Under the pieces are notes generated by a model. The model saw only the letters and a program-made list of their open reading frames with translations, did no database searches and was not told the origin of the DNA. The translations under genes and the position numbers were made by a program. From Ranitomeya imitator (taxonomy: Eukaryota), in assembly GCF_032444005.1 (NCBI RefSeq), contig NC_091289.1, positions 199,764,001 to 199,828,000 of the forward strand: a DNA stretch of 64,000 nt. The letters run 5' to 3'. Each line of letters starts with the position of its first letter. The stretch's first letter is position 1. This document shows, piece by piece, positions 46,670 to 60,800 of the stretch.

Positions 46670-49600
46670 TCCCCATCCTGTGCCCATCCTACTGGGTGTA
46701 TATATACATATGTACATGACTCGTCCTGGTATATATCTTCCCCATCATGGGCCCATCCCAGTATATATGTCCCTTAACCTGGTATATATGTCCCTTATCC
46801 TGGACCCATCCTGGTATATATGTCCCCCACCCTGGTATATATGTCCCCCATCCTGGTATATATGTCCCCCACCCTGGTATATATGTCCCCCATCCTGGTA
46901 TATATGTCCCCCACCCTGGTATATATGTCCCCCCATCCTGGTATATATGTCCCCCCATCCTGGTATATATGTCCCCCATCCTGGTATATATGTCCCCCAC
47001 CCTGGTATATATGTCCCCCATCCTGGTATATATGTCCCCCACCCTGGTATATATGTCCCCCCATCCTGGTATATATGTCCCCCATCCTGGTATATATGTC
47101 CCCCATCCTGGTATATATGTCCCCCATCCTGGTATATATGTCCCCCATCCTGGTATATATGTCCCCCATCCTGGTATATATGTCCCCCATCATGGTATAT
47201 ACGGTATGTCCCCCATCCTGGTATATATGTCTCCCATCCTGGTATATATGTCCCCCATCCTGGTATATATGTCCCCCATCCTGGTATATATGTCCCCCAT
47301 CCTGGTATATACGTCCCCCCATCCTGGTATATACGTCCCCCCATCCTGGTATATACGTCCCCCCATCCTGGTATATGTCCCCCATCCTGGTATATATGTC
47401 CCCATCCTGGTATATACGTCCCCCCATCCTGGTATATGTTCCCCATCCTGGTATATATGTCCCCCATCCTGGTATATATGTCCCCCATCCTGGTATATAC
47501 GTCCCCCATCCTGGTATATATGTCCCCTTCCTGGTATATATGTCCCCCATCCTGGTATATACGTCCCCCATCCTGGTATATACGTCCCCCCATCCTGGTA
47601 TATACATCCCCCCATCCTGGTATATGTCCCCCATCCTGGTATATATGTCCCCATCCTGGTATATACATCCCCCCATCCTGGTATATGTCCCCCATCCTGG
47701 TATATACGCCCCCCCATCCTGGTATATGTCCACCATCCTGGTATATATGTCCCCATCCTGGTATATATGTTCCCCATTCTGGTATATATGTTCCCCATCA
47801 TGGTATATATGTCCCCTATCCTGGTATATATGTCCCCCCATCCTGGTATATATGTCCCCCCATCCTGGTATATACATCCCCCCATCCTGGTATATACGTC
47901 CCCCCATCCTGGTATATACATCCCCCCATCCTGGTATATACGTCTCCCCATCCTGGTATATGTCCCCCATCCTGGTATATACGTCCCCCCATCCTGGTAT
48001 ATGTCCCCCATCCTGGTATATATGTTCCCCATCCTGGTATATATGCCCCTCATCCTGGTATATATGCCCCCCATCCTGGTATATATGTCCCCCATCCTGG
48101 TATATGTCCCCCATCCTGGTATATATGTCCCCATCCTGGTATATACGTCCCCCCATCCTGGTATATGTTCCCCATCCTGGTATATATGTCCCCCATCCTG
48201 GTATATATGTCCCCCATCCTGGTATATACGTCCCCCATCCTGGTATATATGTCCCCTTCCTGGTATATATGTCCCCCATCCTGGTATATACGTCCCCCAT
48301 CCTGGTATATACGTCCCCCCATCCTGGTATATACGTCCCCCCATCCTGGTATATGTCCCCCATCCTGGTATATATGTCCCCATCCTGGTATATACATCCC
48401 CCCATCCTGGTATATGTCCCCCATCCTGGTATATACGCCCCCCCATCCTGGTATATGTCCACCATCCTGGTATATATGTCCCCATCCTGGTATATATGTT
48501 CCCCATTCTGGTATATATGTTCCCCATCATGGTATATATGTCCCCTATCCTGGTATATATGTCCCCCCATCCTGGTATATATGTCCCCCCATCCTGGTAT
48601 ATACATCCCCCCATCCTGGTATATACGTCCCCCCATCCTGGTATATACGTCCCCCCATCCTGGTATATACGTCCCCCCATCCTGGTATATGTCCCCCATC
48701 CTGGTATATACGTCCCCCCATCCTGGTATATGTCCCCCATCCTGGTATATATGTTCCCCATCCTGGTATATATGCCCCTCATCCTGGTATATATGCCCCC
48801 CATCCTGGTATATATGCCCTCCATCCTGGTATATGTCCCCCATCCTGGTATATATGTCCCCCATCTGTGTATATATTTCCCTCATTCTGGTATATACATC
48901 CCCCCATCCTGGTATATACGTCCCCCCATCCTGGTATATACGTCCCCCCATCCTGGTATATATGTCCCCCCATCCTGGTATATGTCCCCCATCCTGGTAT
49001 ATATGTCCCCATCCTGGTATACACGTCCCCCCATCCTGGTATATGTCCCCCCCCATCCTGGTATATACGCCCCCCCATCCTGGTATATGTCCCCCATCCT
49101 GGTATATATGTTCCACATCCTGGTATATATGTTCCCCATCATGGTATATATGTCCCCCATCCTGGTATATATGTCCCCCCATCCTGGTATATATGTTCCC
49201 CATCCTGGTATATATGTTCCCCATCATGGTATATATGTCCCCCATCCTGGTATATATGTCCCCCCATCCTGGTATATACGTCCCCCCATCCTGGTATATA
49301 CGTCCTCCCATCCTGGTATATATGTCCCCCCATCCTAGTATATACGTCCCCCCATCCTGGTATATGTCCCCCATCCTGGTATATACATCCCCCCATTCTG
49401 GTATATGTCCCCCATCCTGGTATATATGTTCCCCATCCTGGTATATATGCCCCCCATCCTGGTATATATGCCCCCCATCCTGGTATATATGCCCCCCATC
49501 CTGGTATATATGTTCCCCATCCTGGTATATATGCCCCCATCCTGGTATATATGTCCCCCATCCTGGTATATATGTCCCCCATCCTGGTATATATGTCCCC

Positions 49601-49981
49601 CATCCTGGTATATATGTCCCCCATCCTGGTATATATGTCCCCCATCCTGGTATATATGTCCCCCATCCTGGTATATATGTTCCCCATCCTGGTATATATG
49701 TCTCCCATCCTGGTATATATGTCCCCCATCCTGGTATATATGTCCCCCATCCTAGTATATATGTCCCCCATCCTGGTATATATGTCCCCCATCCTGGTAT
49801 ATATGTTCCCCATCCTGGTATATATGCCCCCCATCCTGGTATATATGCCCCCCATCCTGGTATATATGTCCCCCATCCTGGTATACATGTCCCCCATCCT
49901 GGTATACATGCCCCCCATCCTGGGCCCATCCTGGTATATATGTTCTCCCATCCTGGTATATATGCCCCCCATCCTGGTATA

Positions 49982-50012
<31 letters not shown>

Positions 50013-50230
50013 TATTATTATTTATTTATATAGCACCATTGATTCCATGGTGCTGTACATGAGAATGGGTTACATACAAGTTACAAATATCACATACAGT
50101 AAACAAACTAACAATGACGGACTGATACAGAGGGGCGAGGACCCTTCCCTTGCGGGCTTACATTCTACATGTCCCCCATTCTGGTATATATGCCCCCCAT
50201 CCTGGTATATATGTCCCCCATCCTGGTATA
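46670..50230. repeat. ~21-23-bp minisatellite (CATCCTGGTATATATGTCCCC[C]), ~150 copies, interrupted near its end by an L2 fragment
   Basis: Direct reading. A 729-bp higher-order duplication is present. Confidence 0.96.
49983..50168 (-). mobile_element. 5'-truncated L2 3' end inserted into the 22-bp array
   Basis: Minus strand reads GAATGTAAGCCCGCAAGGG...GCACCATGGAATCAATGGTGCTATATAAATAAATAATAAT(AAT)n. Array units resume on both sides. Confidence 0.8.
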
Positions 50231-50357
50231 TAGTGTATGTCCCCCCTAAATCTCTTTGTGCACACGGCCTGATTCCGGCCTAGACATCAGAATGGCAGGT
50301 GATGTCCTTGCGGCTGGTGATTGGACTCTTTTTTTGTCATTGCTGGCTCTTTTTTAG

Positions 50358-50475
50358 GGTGCCCCCTGATATAAAGCTGCGGACGCTGAGGGAGAACCTG
50401 GCTGAATTCCTGGGAGACGACTCCGTCACAGACAAGTTTGTGTTCCTGAAATGTGTTGGCAGCAGCCTGGCGGTG
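50358..50475 (+). CDS. SPATA1: SPATA1 exon (VPPDIKLRTLRENLAEFLGDDSVTDKFVFLKCVGSSLAV)
   Basis: ctcttttttAG / GTaact, 118 nt, phase-compatible. It matches LRERLGEFLGED...KFLFLKCIG. Confidence 0.92.
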
Positions 50476-52201
50476 GTAACTGTCTATAGGCGTCCGATCT
50501 CTTGTCGTCTTGATAATCTGATGTCTTTACCTGTGTATTCTGTCATCTCGTCTTTATATGAATATGTCGCCCACCCGGCTGGTGATAGTCGCTGCTCGGC
50601 ATCCCGTGTAGTCAGGGCCTCCGATAGCGGCTTACTCTGGGGTGTTACTGTCACCTGATGTTCATTGTTGGAGTCAGTGGGACGTGGTAACAGTTTGTGG
50701 CGTCTTGTCGGCCCATCGCTCGTAGGGGACCGTCCTCCTACGCTGCTCATTTTCAGTCCCGTCCTGGAATGATGCTGCTCATAAAGGGGCGCAACTGATG
50801 CAAACAGACCCACATTGGGCATTTCGGGGTATTTGCACATGTTCCTGTTGTGATGCAGTGACCCCTGTAACAGGTAGGGGGCCCTGCATGGTCTCCCCAG
50901 TATACGCACGGAGGCATATTGAGGCCATAGGAATGCATGGCAGTTGCATTCATGGATGTGATTATGTGATAAAGTCCGGCATTGTGGTGAATGGCCGATA
51001 TATGTGTCGCAGAGGAGGGGACTCTGCGCTGCCAGCCTGAAGCGATGTGGTGTTCTGGGTCCTATAGTCCCACAAGTGCATGCTGTATGTTTATAATGGG
51101 AGGTTGGCAGGGCTAGTTATGTGAGATCGGCGGGACAAACTAGCCACACACCCACACTCCCACCCAGGGGAGTGGTTAAGGGTATATAATGTGACCAGGG
51201 TGTGGGTCACATGTCGCTGTGAGTTTCCTGTTTGAAGCCTGTGTTGGAAGACCTGGGAGGAGGCTTCCTGAAGAGCACATAATGGGGCTTTGCTACTGGT
51301 GGCCTGGGTATTGGACGGTCCCAGCTGGGGATGGACATCCTGAATAGTACCCGGACTGGCCACCTGTGTGATCCTGTGTAACCTGGGTGTTGGGAGGTCC
51401 TGGGAGTAGGATCGGATCCCTGAATAGCACGAGGTGAAGAGCGGGATCTGCAGAGCCAGTGACAGCTACTGTGTGGGGAAGCTACAGTCCTTCGGTGGGT
51501 CTGGACTGACTAATGTGTGCCGGCCAGGCAAGTTGGTGATCCCCGTGAGGCAGTTTCCCAAGAGAGAGGACTGACAAGGAGTCAGCAGGTGGGGCAGGAG
51601 CTCCCGTAAGCTACCATAGACTGTTGGTGCTTGTGTTGTGATATGAACCGTGTGGTAACCCACGGCAACTGGTCAAAGGAGGACCAGCGTGATTAGTTGC
51701 TGCAACCTGTTAATGGGAAGATAATGAGTTAACCACATCTTGCTGTGTTACAGAATGGACTACATGTAAGTCAGTGAAATGCAACTTGGCTTACGATGCA
51801 GTTTGTGCTGTATATAATGAACCATATGGACTGATTTGTGTGAAAAACCGTGCCCGTGTGCCTGAATCTCGTGCCAAGCGAGTGTCCCCCAATACACTCA
51901 GTAAGAGCAATCTTACACTGTGCAGTCTTATTGGAAAATTGCATCAAATAAGCTTATGCATGGTCTCCGGAGGACGGCACTTTTTATGTCCGGTGATCGG
52001 CCAATTCAGAAGTGACAGCTCGTCGTACACATCTGCAAGGAACGCTGCAACAAAAATCTAGTATTATGTCATGCTGGATAAACCAGATCACGAGCTCTCC
52101 TCTCTGGCTGATAAAGGGGGTCTGCAGTGGGGGTCTGTGTATGTCATATCCATATGACATACTAGCAGAGCTCATGGACAGTGCAGCAGTCACTTAGGTT
52201 A

Positions 52202-55200
52202 CCGGGATACCTGATCACATCTATGAGTAATGTGCATGGCGTCCTGTGGGGGTGGGACGTGTCCAGGATACCTGATCACATCTATGAGTAATGTGCATGG
52301 CGTCCTGCGGGGGTGGGACGTGTCCGGTATTCCTGATGACATCTATGAGTAATGTGCATGGCGTCCTGCGGGGGTGGGACGTGTCCGGGATACCTGATCA
52401 CATCTATGAGTGATGTGCATGGCGTCCTGCGGGGGTGGGACGTGTCCGGGATACCTGATCACATCTATGAGTGATGTGCATGGCGTCCTGCGGGGGTGGG
52501 ACGTGTCCGGGATACCTGATCACATCTATGAGTAATGTGCATGGCGTCCTGCGGGGGTGGGACGTGTCCGGGATACCTGATCACATCTATGAGTGATGTG
52601 CATGGCGTCCTGCGGGGGTGGGACGTGTCCGGGATTCCTGATCACATCTATGAGTAATGTGCATGGCGTCCTGTGGGGGTGGGACGTGTCCGGGATTCCT
52701 GATCACATCTATGAGTGATGTGCATGGCGTCCTGCGGGGGTGGGACGTGTCCGGGATACCTGATCACATCTATGAGTGATGTGCATGGCGTCCTGCGGGG
52801 GTGGGACGTGTCCGGGATACCTGATCACATCTATGAGTAATGTGCATGGCGTCCTGCGGGGGTGGGACGTGTCCGGGATACCTGATCACATCTATGAGTG
52901 ATGTGCATGGCGTCCTGCGGGGGTGGGACGTGTCCGGGATACCTGATCACATCTATGAGTAATGTGCATGGCGTCCTGCGGGGGTGGGACGTGTCCGGGA
53001 TACCTGATCACATCTATGAGTGATGTGCATGGCGTCCTGCGGGGGTGGGACGTGTCCGGGATTCCTGATCACATCTATGAGTAATGTGCATGGCGTCCTG
53101 CGGGGGTGGGACGTGTCCGGGATACCTGATCACATCTATGAGTGATGTGCATGGCGTCCTGCGGGGGTGGGATGTGTCCGAGTTACCTGATCATATCTAT
53201 GAGTGATGTGCATGGCGTCCTGCGGGGGTGGGACGTGTCCGGGATTCCTGATCACATCTATGAGTGATGTGCATGGCGTCCTGCGGGGGTGGGACGTGTC
53301 CGGGATTCCTGATCACATCTATGAGTGATGTGCATGGTGTCCTGCGGGGGTGGGACGTGTCCGGGATTCCTGATCACATCTATGAGTGATGTGCATGGTG
53401 TCCTGCGGGGGTGGGACGTGTCCGGGATTCCTGATCACATCTATGAGTAATGTGCATGGCGTCCTGTGGGGGTGGGACGTGTCCGGGATTCCTGATCACA
53501 TCTATGAGTAATGTGCATGGCGTCCTGCGGGGGTGGGACGTGTCCGGGATACCTGATCACATCTATGAGTGATGTGCATGGCGTCCTGCGGGGGTGGGAC
53601 GTGTCCGGGATTCCTGATCACATCTATGAGTAATGTGCATGGCGTCCTGCGGGGTTGGGACGTGTCCGGGATTCCTGATCACATCTATGAGTAATGTGCA
53701 TGGTGTCCTGCGGGGGTGGGATGTGTCCGGGATACCTGATAACATCTATGAGTAATGAGCATGGTGTCCTGCGGGGGTGGGACGTGTCCGAGTTACCTGA
53801 TCATATCTATGAGTGATGTGCATGGCGTCCTGCGGGGGTGGGATGTGTCCGGGATACCTGATCACATCTATGAGTAATGTGCATGGCGTCCTGTGGGGGT
53901 GGGATGTGTCCGGGATACCTGATAACATCTATGAGTGATGTGCATGGCGTCCTGCGGGGTTGGGACGTGTCCGGGATTCCTGATCACATCTATGAGTGAT
54001 GTGCATGGCGTCCTGCGGGGGTGGGACGTGTCCGGGATTCCTGATCACATCTATGAGTGATGTGCATGGCATCCTGCGGGGGTGGGACGTGTCCGGGATA
54101 CCTGATCACATCTATGAGTAATGTGCATGGCGTCCTGCGGGGTTGGGACGTGTCCGGGATTCCTGATCACATCTATGAGTGATGTGCATGGCGTCCTGCG
54201 GGGGTGGGATGTGTCCGGGATTCCTGATCACATCTATGAGTGATGTGCATGGCCTCCTGCGGGGGTGGGACGTGTCCGGGATACCTGATCACATCTATGA
54301 GTAATGTGCATGGTGTCCTGCGGGGGTGGGATGTGTCCGGGATACCTGATCACATCTATGAGTGATGTGCATGGCGTCCTGCGGGGGTGGGATGTGTCCG
54401 GGATTCCTGATCACATCTATGAGTGATGTGCATGGCCTCCTGCGGGGGTGGGACGTGTCCGGGATACCTGATCACATCTATGAGTGATGTGCATGGCGTC
54501 CTGCGGGGGTGGGATGTGTCCGGTATTCCTGATCACATCTATGAGTGATGTGCATGGTGTCCTGCGGGGGTGGGACGTGTCCGGGATTCCTGATCACATC
54601 TATGAGTGATGTGCATGGCGTCCTGCGGGGGTGGGATGTGTCCGGGATTCCTGATCACATCTATGAGTGATGTGCATGGCCTCCTGCGGGGGTGGGACGT
54701 GTCCGGGATTCCTGATCACATCTATGAGTAATGTGCATGGCGTCCTGCGGGGGTGGGATGTGTCCGGGATACCTGATAACATCTATGAGTAATGTGCATG
54801 GCGTCCTGCGGGGGTGGGATGTGTCCGGGATTCCTGATCACATCTATGAGTGATGTGCATGGCGTCCTGCGGGGGTGGGACATGTCCGGTATTCCTGATC
54901 ACATCTATGAGTGATGTGCATGGCGTCCTGTGGGGGTGAGACGTGTCCGGGATTCCTGATCACATCTATGAGTAATGTGCATGGTGTCCTGCGGGGGTGG
55001 GACGTGTCCGGGATTCCTGATCACATCTATGAGTAATGTGCATGGCGTCCTGCGGGGGTGGGATGTGTCCGGGATTCCTGATCACATCTATGAGTGATGT
55101 GCATGGCGTCCTGCGGGGGTGGGACATGTCCGGTATTCCTGATCACATCTATGAGTGATGTGCATGGCGTCCTGTGGGGGTGAGACGTGTCCGGGATTCC

Positions 55201-58200
55201 TGATCACATCTATGAGTAATGTGCATGGTGTCCTGCGGGGGTGGGACGTGTCCGGGATTCCTGATCACATCTATGAGTAATGTGCATGGCGTCCTGCGGG
55301 GGTGGGACGTGTCCGGGATTCCTGATTACATCTATGAGTAATGTGCATGGCGTCCTGCGGGGGTGGGACGTGTCCGGGATACCTGATCACATCTATGAGT
55401 GATGTGCATGGCGTCCTGCGGGGGTGGGACGTGTCCGGGATACCTGATCACATCTATGAGTGATGTGCATGGCGTCCTGCGGGGGTGGGACGTGTCCGGG
55501 ATACCTGATCACATCTATGAGTGATGTGCATGGCGTCCTGCGGGGGTGGGACGTGTCCGGGATTCCTGATCACATCTATGAGTAATGTGCATGGCGTCCT
55601 GTGGAGGTGGGACGTGTCCGGGATTCCTGATCACATCTATGAGTAATGTGCATGGCGTCCTGCGGGGGTGGGACGTGTCCGGGATTCCTGATCACATCTA
55701 TGAGTGATGTGCATGGCGTCCTGCGGGGGTGGGACGTGTCCGGGATTCCTGTTCACATCTATGAGTGATGTGCATTGTGTCCTGCGGGGGTGGGACGTGT
55801 CCGGGATTCCTGATCACATCTATGAGTAATGTGCATGGCGTCCTGCGGGGGTGGGACGTGTCCGGGATTCCTGATCACATCTATGAGTAATGTGCATGGC
55901 GTCCTGTGGGGGTGGGACGTGTCCGGGATACCTGATCACATCTATGAGTGATGTGCATGGCGTCCTGTGGGGGTGGGACGTGTCCGGGATACCTGATCAC
56001 ATCTATGAGTGATGTGCATGGCGTCCTGCGGGGGTGGGACTTGTCCGGGATACCTGATCACATCTATGAGTAATGTGCATGGTGTCCTGCGGGGGTGGGA
56101 CGTGTCCGGGATACCTGATCACATCTATGAGTGATGTGCATGGCGTCCTGCGGGGGTGGGACTTGTCCGGGATACCTGATCACATCTATGAGTGATGTGC
56201 ATGGCGTCCTGTGGGGGTGGGACGTGTCCGGGATTCCTGATCACATCTATGAGTAATGTGCATGGCATCCTGCGGGGGTGGGACGTGTCCGGGATTCCTG
56301 ATCACATCTATGAGTGATGTGCATGGCGTCCTGTGGGGGTGGGACGTGTCCGGGATTCCTGATCACATCTATGAGTGATGTGCATGGCGTCCTGCGGGGG
56401 TGGGACGTGTCCGGGATACCTGATCACATCTATGAGTGATGTGCATGGCGTCCTGTGGGGGTGGGACGTGTCCGGGATTCCTGATCACATCTATGAGTGA
56501 TGTGCATGGCGTCCTGCGGGGGTGGGACGTGTCCGGGATACCTGATCACATCTATGAGTGATGTGCATGGCGTCCTGCGGGGGTGGGACGTGTCCGGGAT
56601 TCCTGATCACATCTATGAGTGATGTGCATGGCGTCCTGCGGGGGTGGGACGTGTCCGGGATACCTGATCACATCTATGAGTGATGTGCATGGCGTCCTGT
56701 GGGGGTGGGACGTGTCCGGGATACCTGATCACATCTATGAGTGATGTGCATGGCGTCCTGCGGGGGTGGGACGTGTCCGGGATTCCTGATCACATCTATG
56801 AGTGATGTGCATGGCGTCCTGCGGGGGTGGGACGTGTCCGGGATTCCTGATCACATCTATGAGTGATGTGCATGGCGTCCTGCGGGGGTGGGACGTGTCC
56901 GGGATACCTGATCACATCTATGAGTGATGTGCATGGCGTCCTGCGGGGGTGGGACGTGTCCGGGATACCGATCACATCCATGAGTGATGTGCATGGCGTC
57001 CTGTGGGGGTGGGACGTGTCCGGGATACCTGATCACATCTATGAGTAATGTGCATGGCGTCCTGCGGGGGTGGGACGTGTCCGGGATTCCTGATCACATC
57101 CATGAGTAATGTGCATGGCGTCCTGTGGGGGTGGGACGTGTCCGGGATTCCTGATCACATCTATGAGTAATGTGCATGGCGTCCTGCGGGGGTGGGACGT
57201 GTCCGGGATTCCTGATCACATCTATGAGTGATGTGCATGGCGTCCTGCGGGGGTGAGACGTGTCCGGGATACCTGATCACATCTATGAGTGATGTGCATG
57301 GCATCCTGCGGGGGTGGGACGTGTCCGGGATTCCTGATCACATCTATGAGTGATGTGCATGGCGTCCTGCGGGGGTGAGACGTGTCCGGGATACCTGATC
57401 ACATCTATGAGTGATGTGCATGGCATCCTGCGGGGGTGAGACGTGTCCGGGATACCTGATCACATCTATGAGTGATGTGCATGGCATCCTGTGGGGGTGG
57501 GACGTGTCCGGGATTCCTGATCACATCTATGAGTAATGTGCATGGCGTCCTGCGGGGGTGGGACGTGTCCGGGATACCTGATCACATCTATGAGTAATGT
57601 GCATGGCGTCCTGTGGGGGTGGGACGTGTCCGGGATTCCTGATCACATCTATGAGTGATGTGCATGGCGTCCTGCGGGGGTGAGACGTGTCCGGGATACC
57701 TGATCACATCTATGAGTGATGTGCATGGCGTCCTGTGGGGGTGGGACGTGTCCGGGATTCCTGATCACATCTATGAGTAATGTGCATGGCGTCCTGCGGG
57801 GGTGGGACGTGTCCGGGATTCCTGATCACATCTATGAGTAATGTGCATGGCGTCCTGCGGGGGTGGGACGTGTCCGGGATACCTGATCACATCTATGAGT
57901 AATGTGCATGGCGTCCTGTGGGGGTGGGACGTGTCCGGGATTCCTGATCACATCTATGAGTAATGTGCATGGCGTCCTGCGGGGGTGGGACGTGTCCGGG
58001 ATACCTGATCACATCTATGAGTGATGTGCATGGCGTCCTGCGGGGGTGGGACGTGTCCGGGATACCTGATCACATCTATGAGTGATGTGCATGGCGTCCT
58101 GTGGGGGTGGGACGTGTCCGGGATACCTGATCACATCTATGAGTGATGTGCATGGCGTCCTGTGGGGGTGGGACGTGTCCGGGATTCCTGATCACATCTA

Positions 58201-58405
58201 TGAGTAATGTGCATGGCGTCCTGTGGGGGTGGGACGTGTCCGGGATTCCTGATCACATCTATGAGTGATGTGCATGGCGTCCTGCGGGGGTGGGACGTGT
58301 CCGGGATTCCTGATCACATCCATGAGTAATGTGCATGGCGTCCTGCGGGGGTGGGACGTGTCCGGGATACCGATCACATCTATGAGTAATGTGCATGGCG
58401 TCCTG
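52202..58405. repeat. 61-bp minisatellite B (GATCACATCTATGAGTAATGTGCATGGCGTCCTGCGGGGGTGGGACGTGTCCGGGATACCT), ~102 copies
   Basis: GATCAC recurs at 52213 and 52274. A 4-unit (244-bp) higher-order block is seen at 54881/55125. Confidence 0.97.
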
Positions 58406-58793
58406 ATTCTTTCTGTTGTCTTGCAATCCTTCTTCCTGGGAACGTGACTTCATTGTTTTGTAGCCAAATATTTGCAGTTTCCCGGAGTTGCGATTTCACC
58501 ATTGTTGCGCAGCTCCTCTCCTCGGTGCTCTGCGGACGCAGAGTTCTGCATGAATCTCTATGTTATGCGGGAGGACAGCGGCGTCTTCTCCGCAGATTTA
58601 TTATTATTTATTTTTATTAAGTGAAAGAAAACAGAGAACCTGACGGCAAAGACGGACGGGAGACTTCATCTTGCTGAGCTGTGATTGGCTGCGTCGAGCG
58701 ACACGTCTTGATTTTATGTATTTTTGTCCTAATCAATAAAGCTGCGATTATTTCAGTCCATCTGTTCTCATATAAATGTATTTTTGTGTGCAG

Positions 58794-58847
58794 GTAAAAT
58801 TGCGTCAGGAATATGATCTGAAGCTGAAGTCGTTTGCTCCACCGTAT
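58794..58847 (+). CDS. SPATA1: SPATA1 exon (VKLRQEYDLKLKSFAPPY)
   Basis: tttgtgtgcAG / GTaagt, 54 nt. LKLKSFAPPY is conserved in SPATA1. Confidence 0.92.
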
Positions 58848-58958
58848 GTAAGTCGTCTGTGCACTCCCTAATGCAAAACCTTCAGGCGCCTCCATCCTGC
58901 TGGGCTCCTCTCACTCCATCACTGACTGCTGTGTACGCAATGTGTAACTTGTATCTTA

Positions 58959-59279
58959 GGCTATGTTCACATTAGCGTTTTGCGTGTTTGCGTCGGGCGA
59001 CGCAGCGGCGACGCATGCGTCATGCGCCTCTATATTTAACATGGGGGACGCATGGACATGCGTTGTGCTGCGTTGTGCGACGCATGCGTTTTTTTTTTGC
59101 CGCAAGCGTCGGGCGCAGAAAACGCAACAAGTTGCATTTTTCTTGCGTCCAAATTTCGGCAAAAAACGATGCATGCATCGCAAAACGCAGCGTTTTTGCA
59201 TGCGTTTTGGTGCGTTTTTATTTGCGTTGTGCGTTGCGTCGCCGACGCAGTGGCGCACAACGCAAATGTGAACGTAGCC
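58959..59279. mobile_element. Harbinger-type palindromic MITE with TTA target-site duplication
   Basis: tta|GGCTATGTTCACATT...AATGTGAACGTAGCC|tta. The interior is largely self-complementary. Confidence 0.8.
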
Positions 59280-59804
59280 TTACTGACTGCATAATTAAAT
59301 GGGAAAACCCTTGACGTTGTATCACTGGATGATCGCACTGATGTATTGGTGCAGGACCCGAGATCGCAGAGCAATGCGGTAAACAGGATTATTTAACAGT
59401 AGAGATGAAAGTGATCTGGAAACAAGAAATAAAGGCAGAACAAAGATTAATGCGTCACTCTGAAGTTTACAGAGCGCTTATCGTGACTCCCGCTGGTCCT
59501 CCTTGAAATACAGTCCGATGGGGGTTGTAGTACCAGAAACGCCCGGCGCAGGGTGCTGAGATAGGGTCCTTTGTCAACACTCTGACTTCTGGCGGCGGTC
59601 TCCGGTTTTACCCGCTGAGCCCCTGGTCCATAAACATGTGCAGCCAAAGTGAAGGAAGCTGCTGGAGTCTGTATCTAGAGTGAGGTGATGCACGGTGGGC
59701 AGCAGAGGGGAGCGCACCGCAGTGTCCTGTACCGGCCTCAGTACGAGCGCTGCCCGGTGCTCTCCTCTGTCACTGCTCTGCTGGACTCTGGTCGCGGAAG
59801 TTTG

Positions 59805-60800
59805 CGGCACACGCCGCTGCACACCCCGCGGCATGCCCTGCCTGCTGCACACCCTGCGGCACACCCTGCTGTACACCCTGCCTGCTGCACACTCTGCGGC
59901 ACACCCCGCGGCACGCCCTGCTGCACGCCCGAGGCATGCCCTGCCTGCTGCACACCCTGCGGCACACCCCGCTGCACACCCTGCCTGCTGTACACCCCAC
60001 TGCACACCCCGCTGTGCACCCTGCTGCACACGCCGCTGCACACCTCACTGCACACCCCGCTGTAAATCCTGCTGCACAGCCCGCTGCACACCCTGCCTGC
60101 GGCACGCCCGGCTGCATGCCCCGAGGCATGCCCTGCTTGCTGCACACCCTGCAGCACACCCCGCTACACACCCTGCCTGCTGCACACCCCGCTGAACACC
60201 CTGCTGCACACCCTTATGCACAGCCTGCCTGCTGTACACCCCACTGCACACCCTGCTGCACACCCCGAGGCATGCCCTGCCTGCTGCACACCCTGCGGCA
60301 CACCCCGCGGCACACCCTGCCTGCTGCACACCCCGCTGCACACTCTGCTGCACACCCTTCTGCACACCCTGCCTGCTGTACACCCCACTGTATACCTCAC
60401 TGTACACCCTGCTGCACACCCTGCCTGCTGTACACCCCACTGCACACCTCACTGCACACCCTGCTGCACACCCTGCTGCACGCCCCGAGGCATGCCCTGC
60501 CTGCGGCACACCCCGCTGCACACCCTGCCTTCTGCACACCCTGCTGCACACCCTGCCTGCTGTACACCCCACTGTACACCTCACTGCACACCCCGCTGTA
60601 CACCCTGCTGCACACCCCACTGCACACCTCACTGCACACCCTGCTGCACACCCCGCTGCAACCTCACTGCACACCCCGCTGCACACCCCGCGGCACACCT
60701 TTCTGCACACCCCGCTGCACACCCAGCTGCACACCCCACTGCACACCCCGCAGCACACCCCGCTACACACACCACGGCACACCTCGCTGCACACCCCGCT
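59805..60800. repeat. Compound low-complexity repeat built on CTGCACACC(C) 9-13-mers
   Basis: Direct reading. It gives C/T/P/H/A-rich artefactual ORFs. Confidence 0.9.

Noticed and set aside
42682-50062. 540-1187-aa repetitive ORFs (WRTTGG..., PSWYICP..., YQDGG...)
   Set aside because: They are artefacts of the stop-poor 41-bp and 22-bp arrays, are open in several frames at once, and lie inside SPATA1 introns.
51000-51917. Possible solo-LTR (TATA-like GGTATATAAT, ending AATCTTACA)
   Set aside because: The 5' boundary and TSD were not found. A repeat-library search is needed.
37211-58405. Regular repeat arrays as possible CRISPR arrays
   Set aside because: There are no unique spacers, the units are head-to-tail, no cas genes are present, and the context is a spliced eukaryotic locus.
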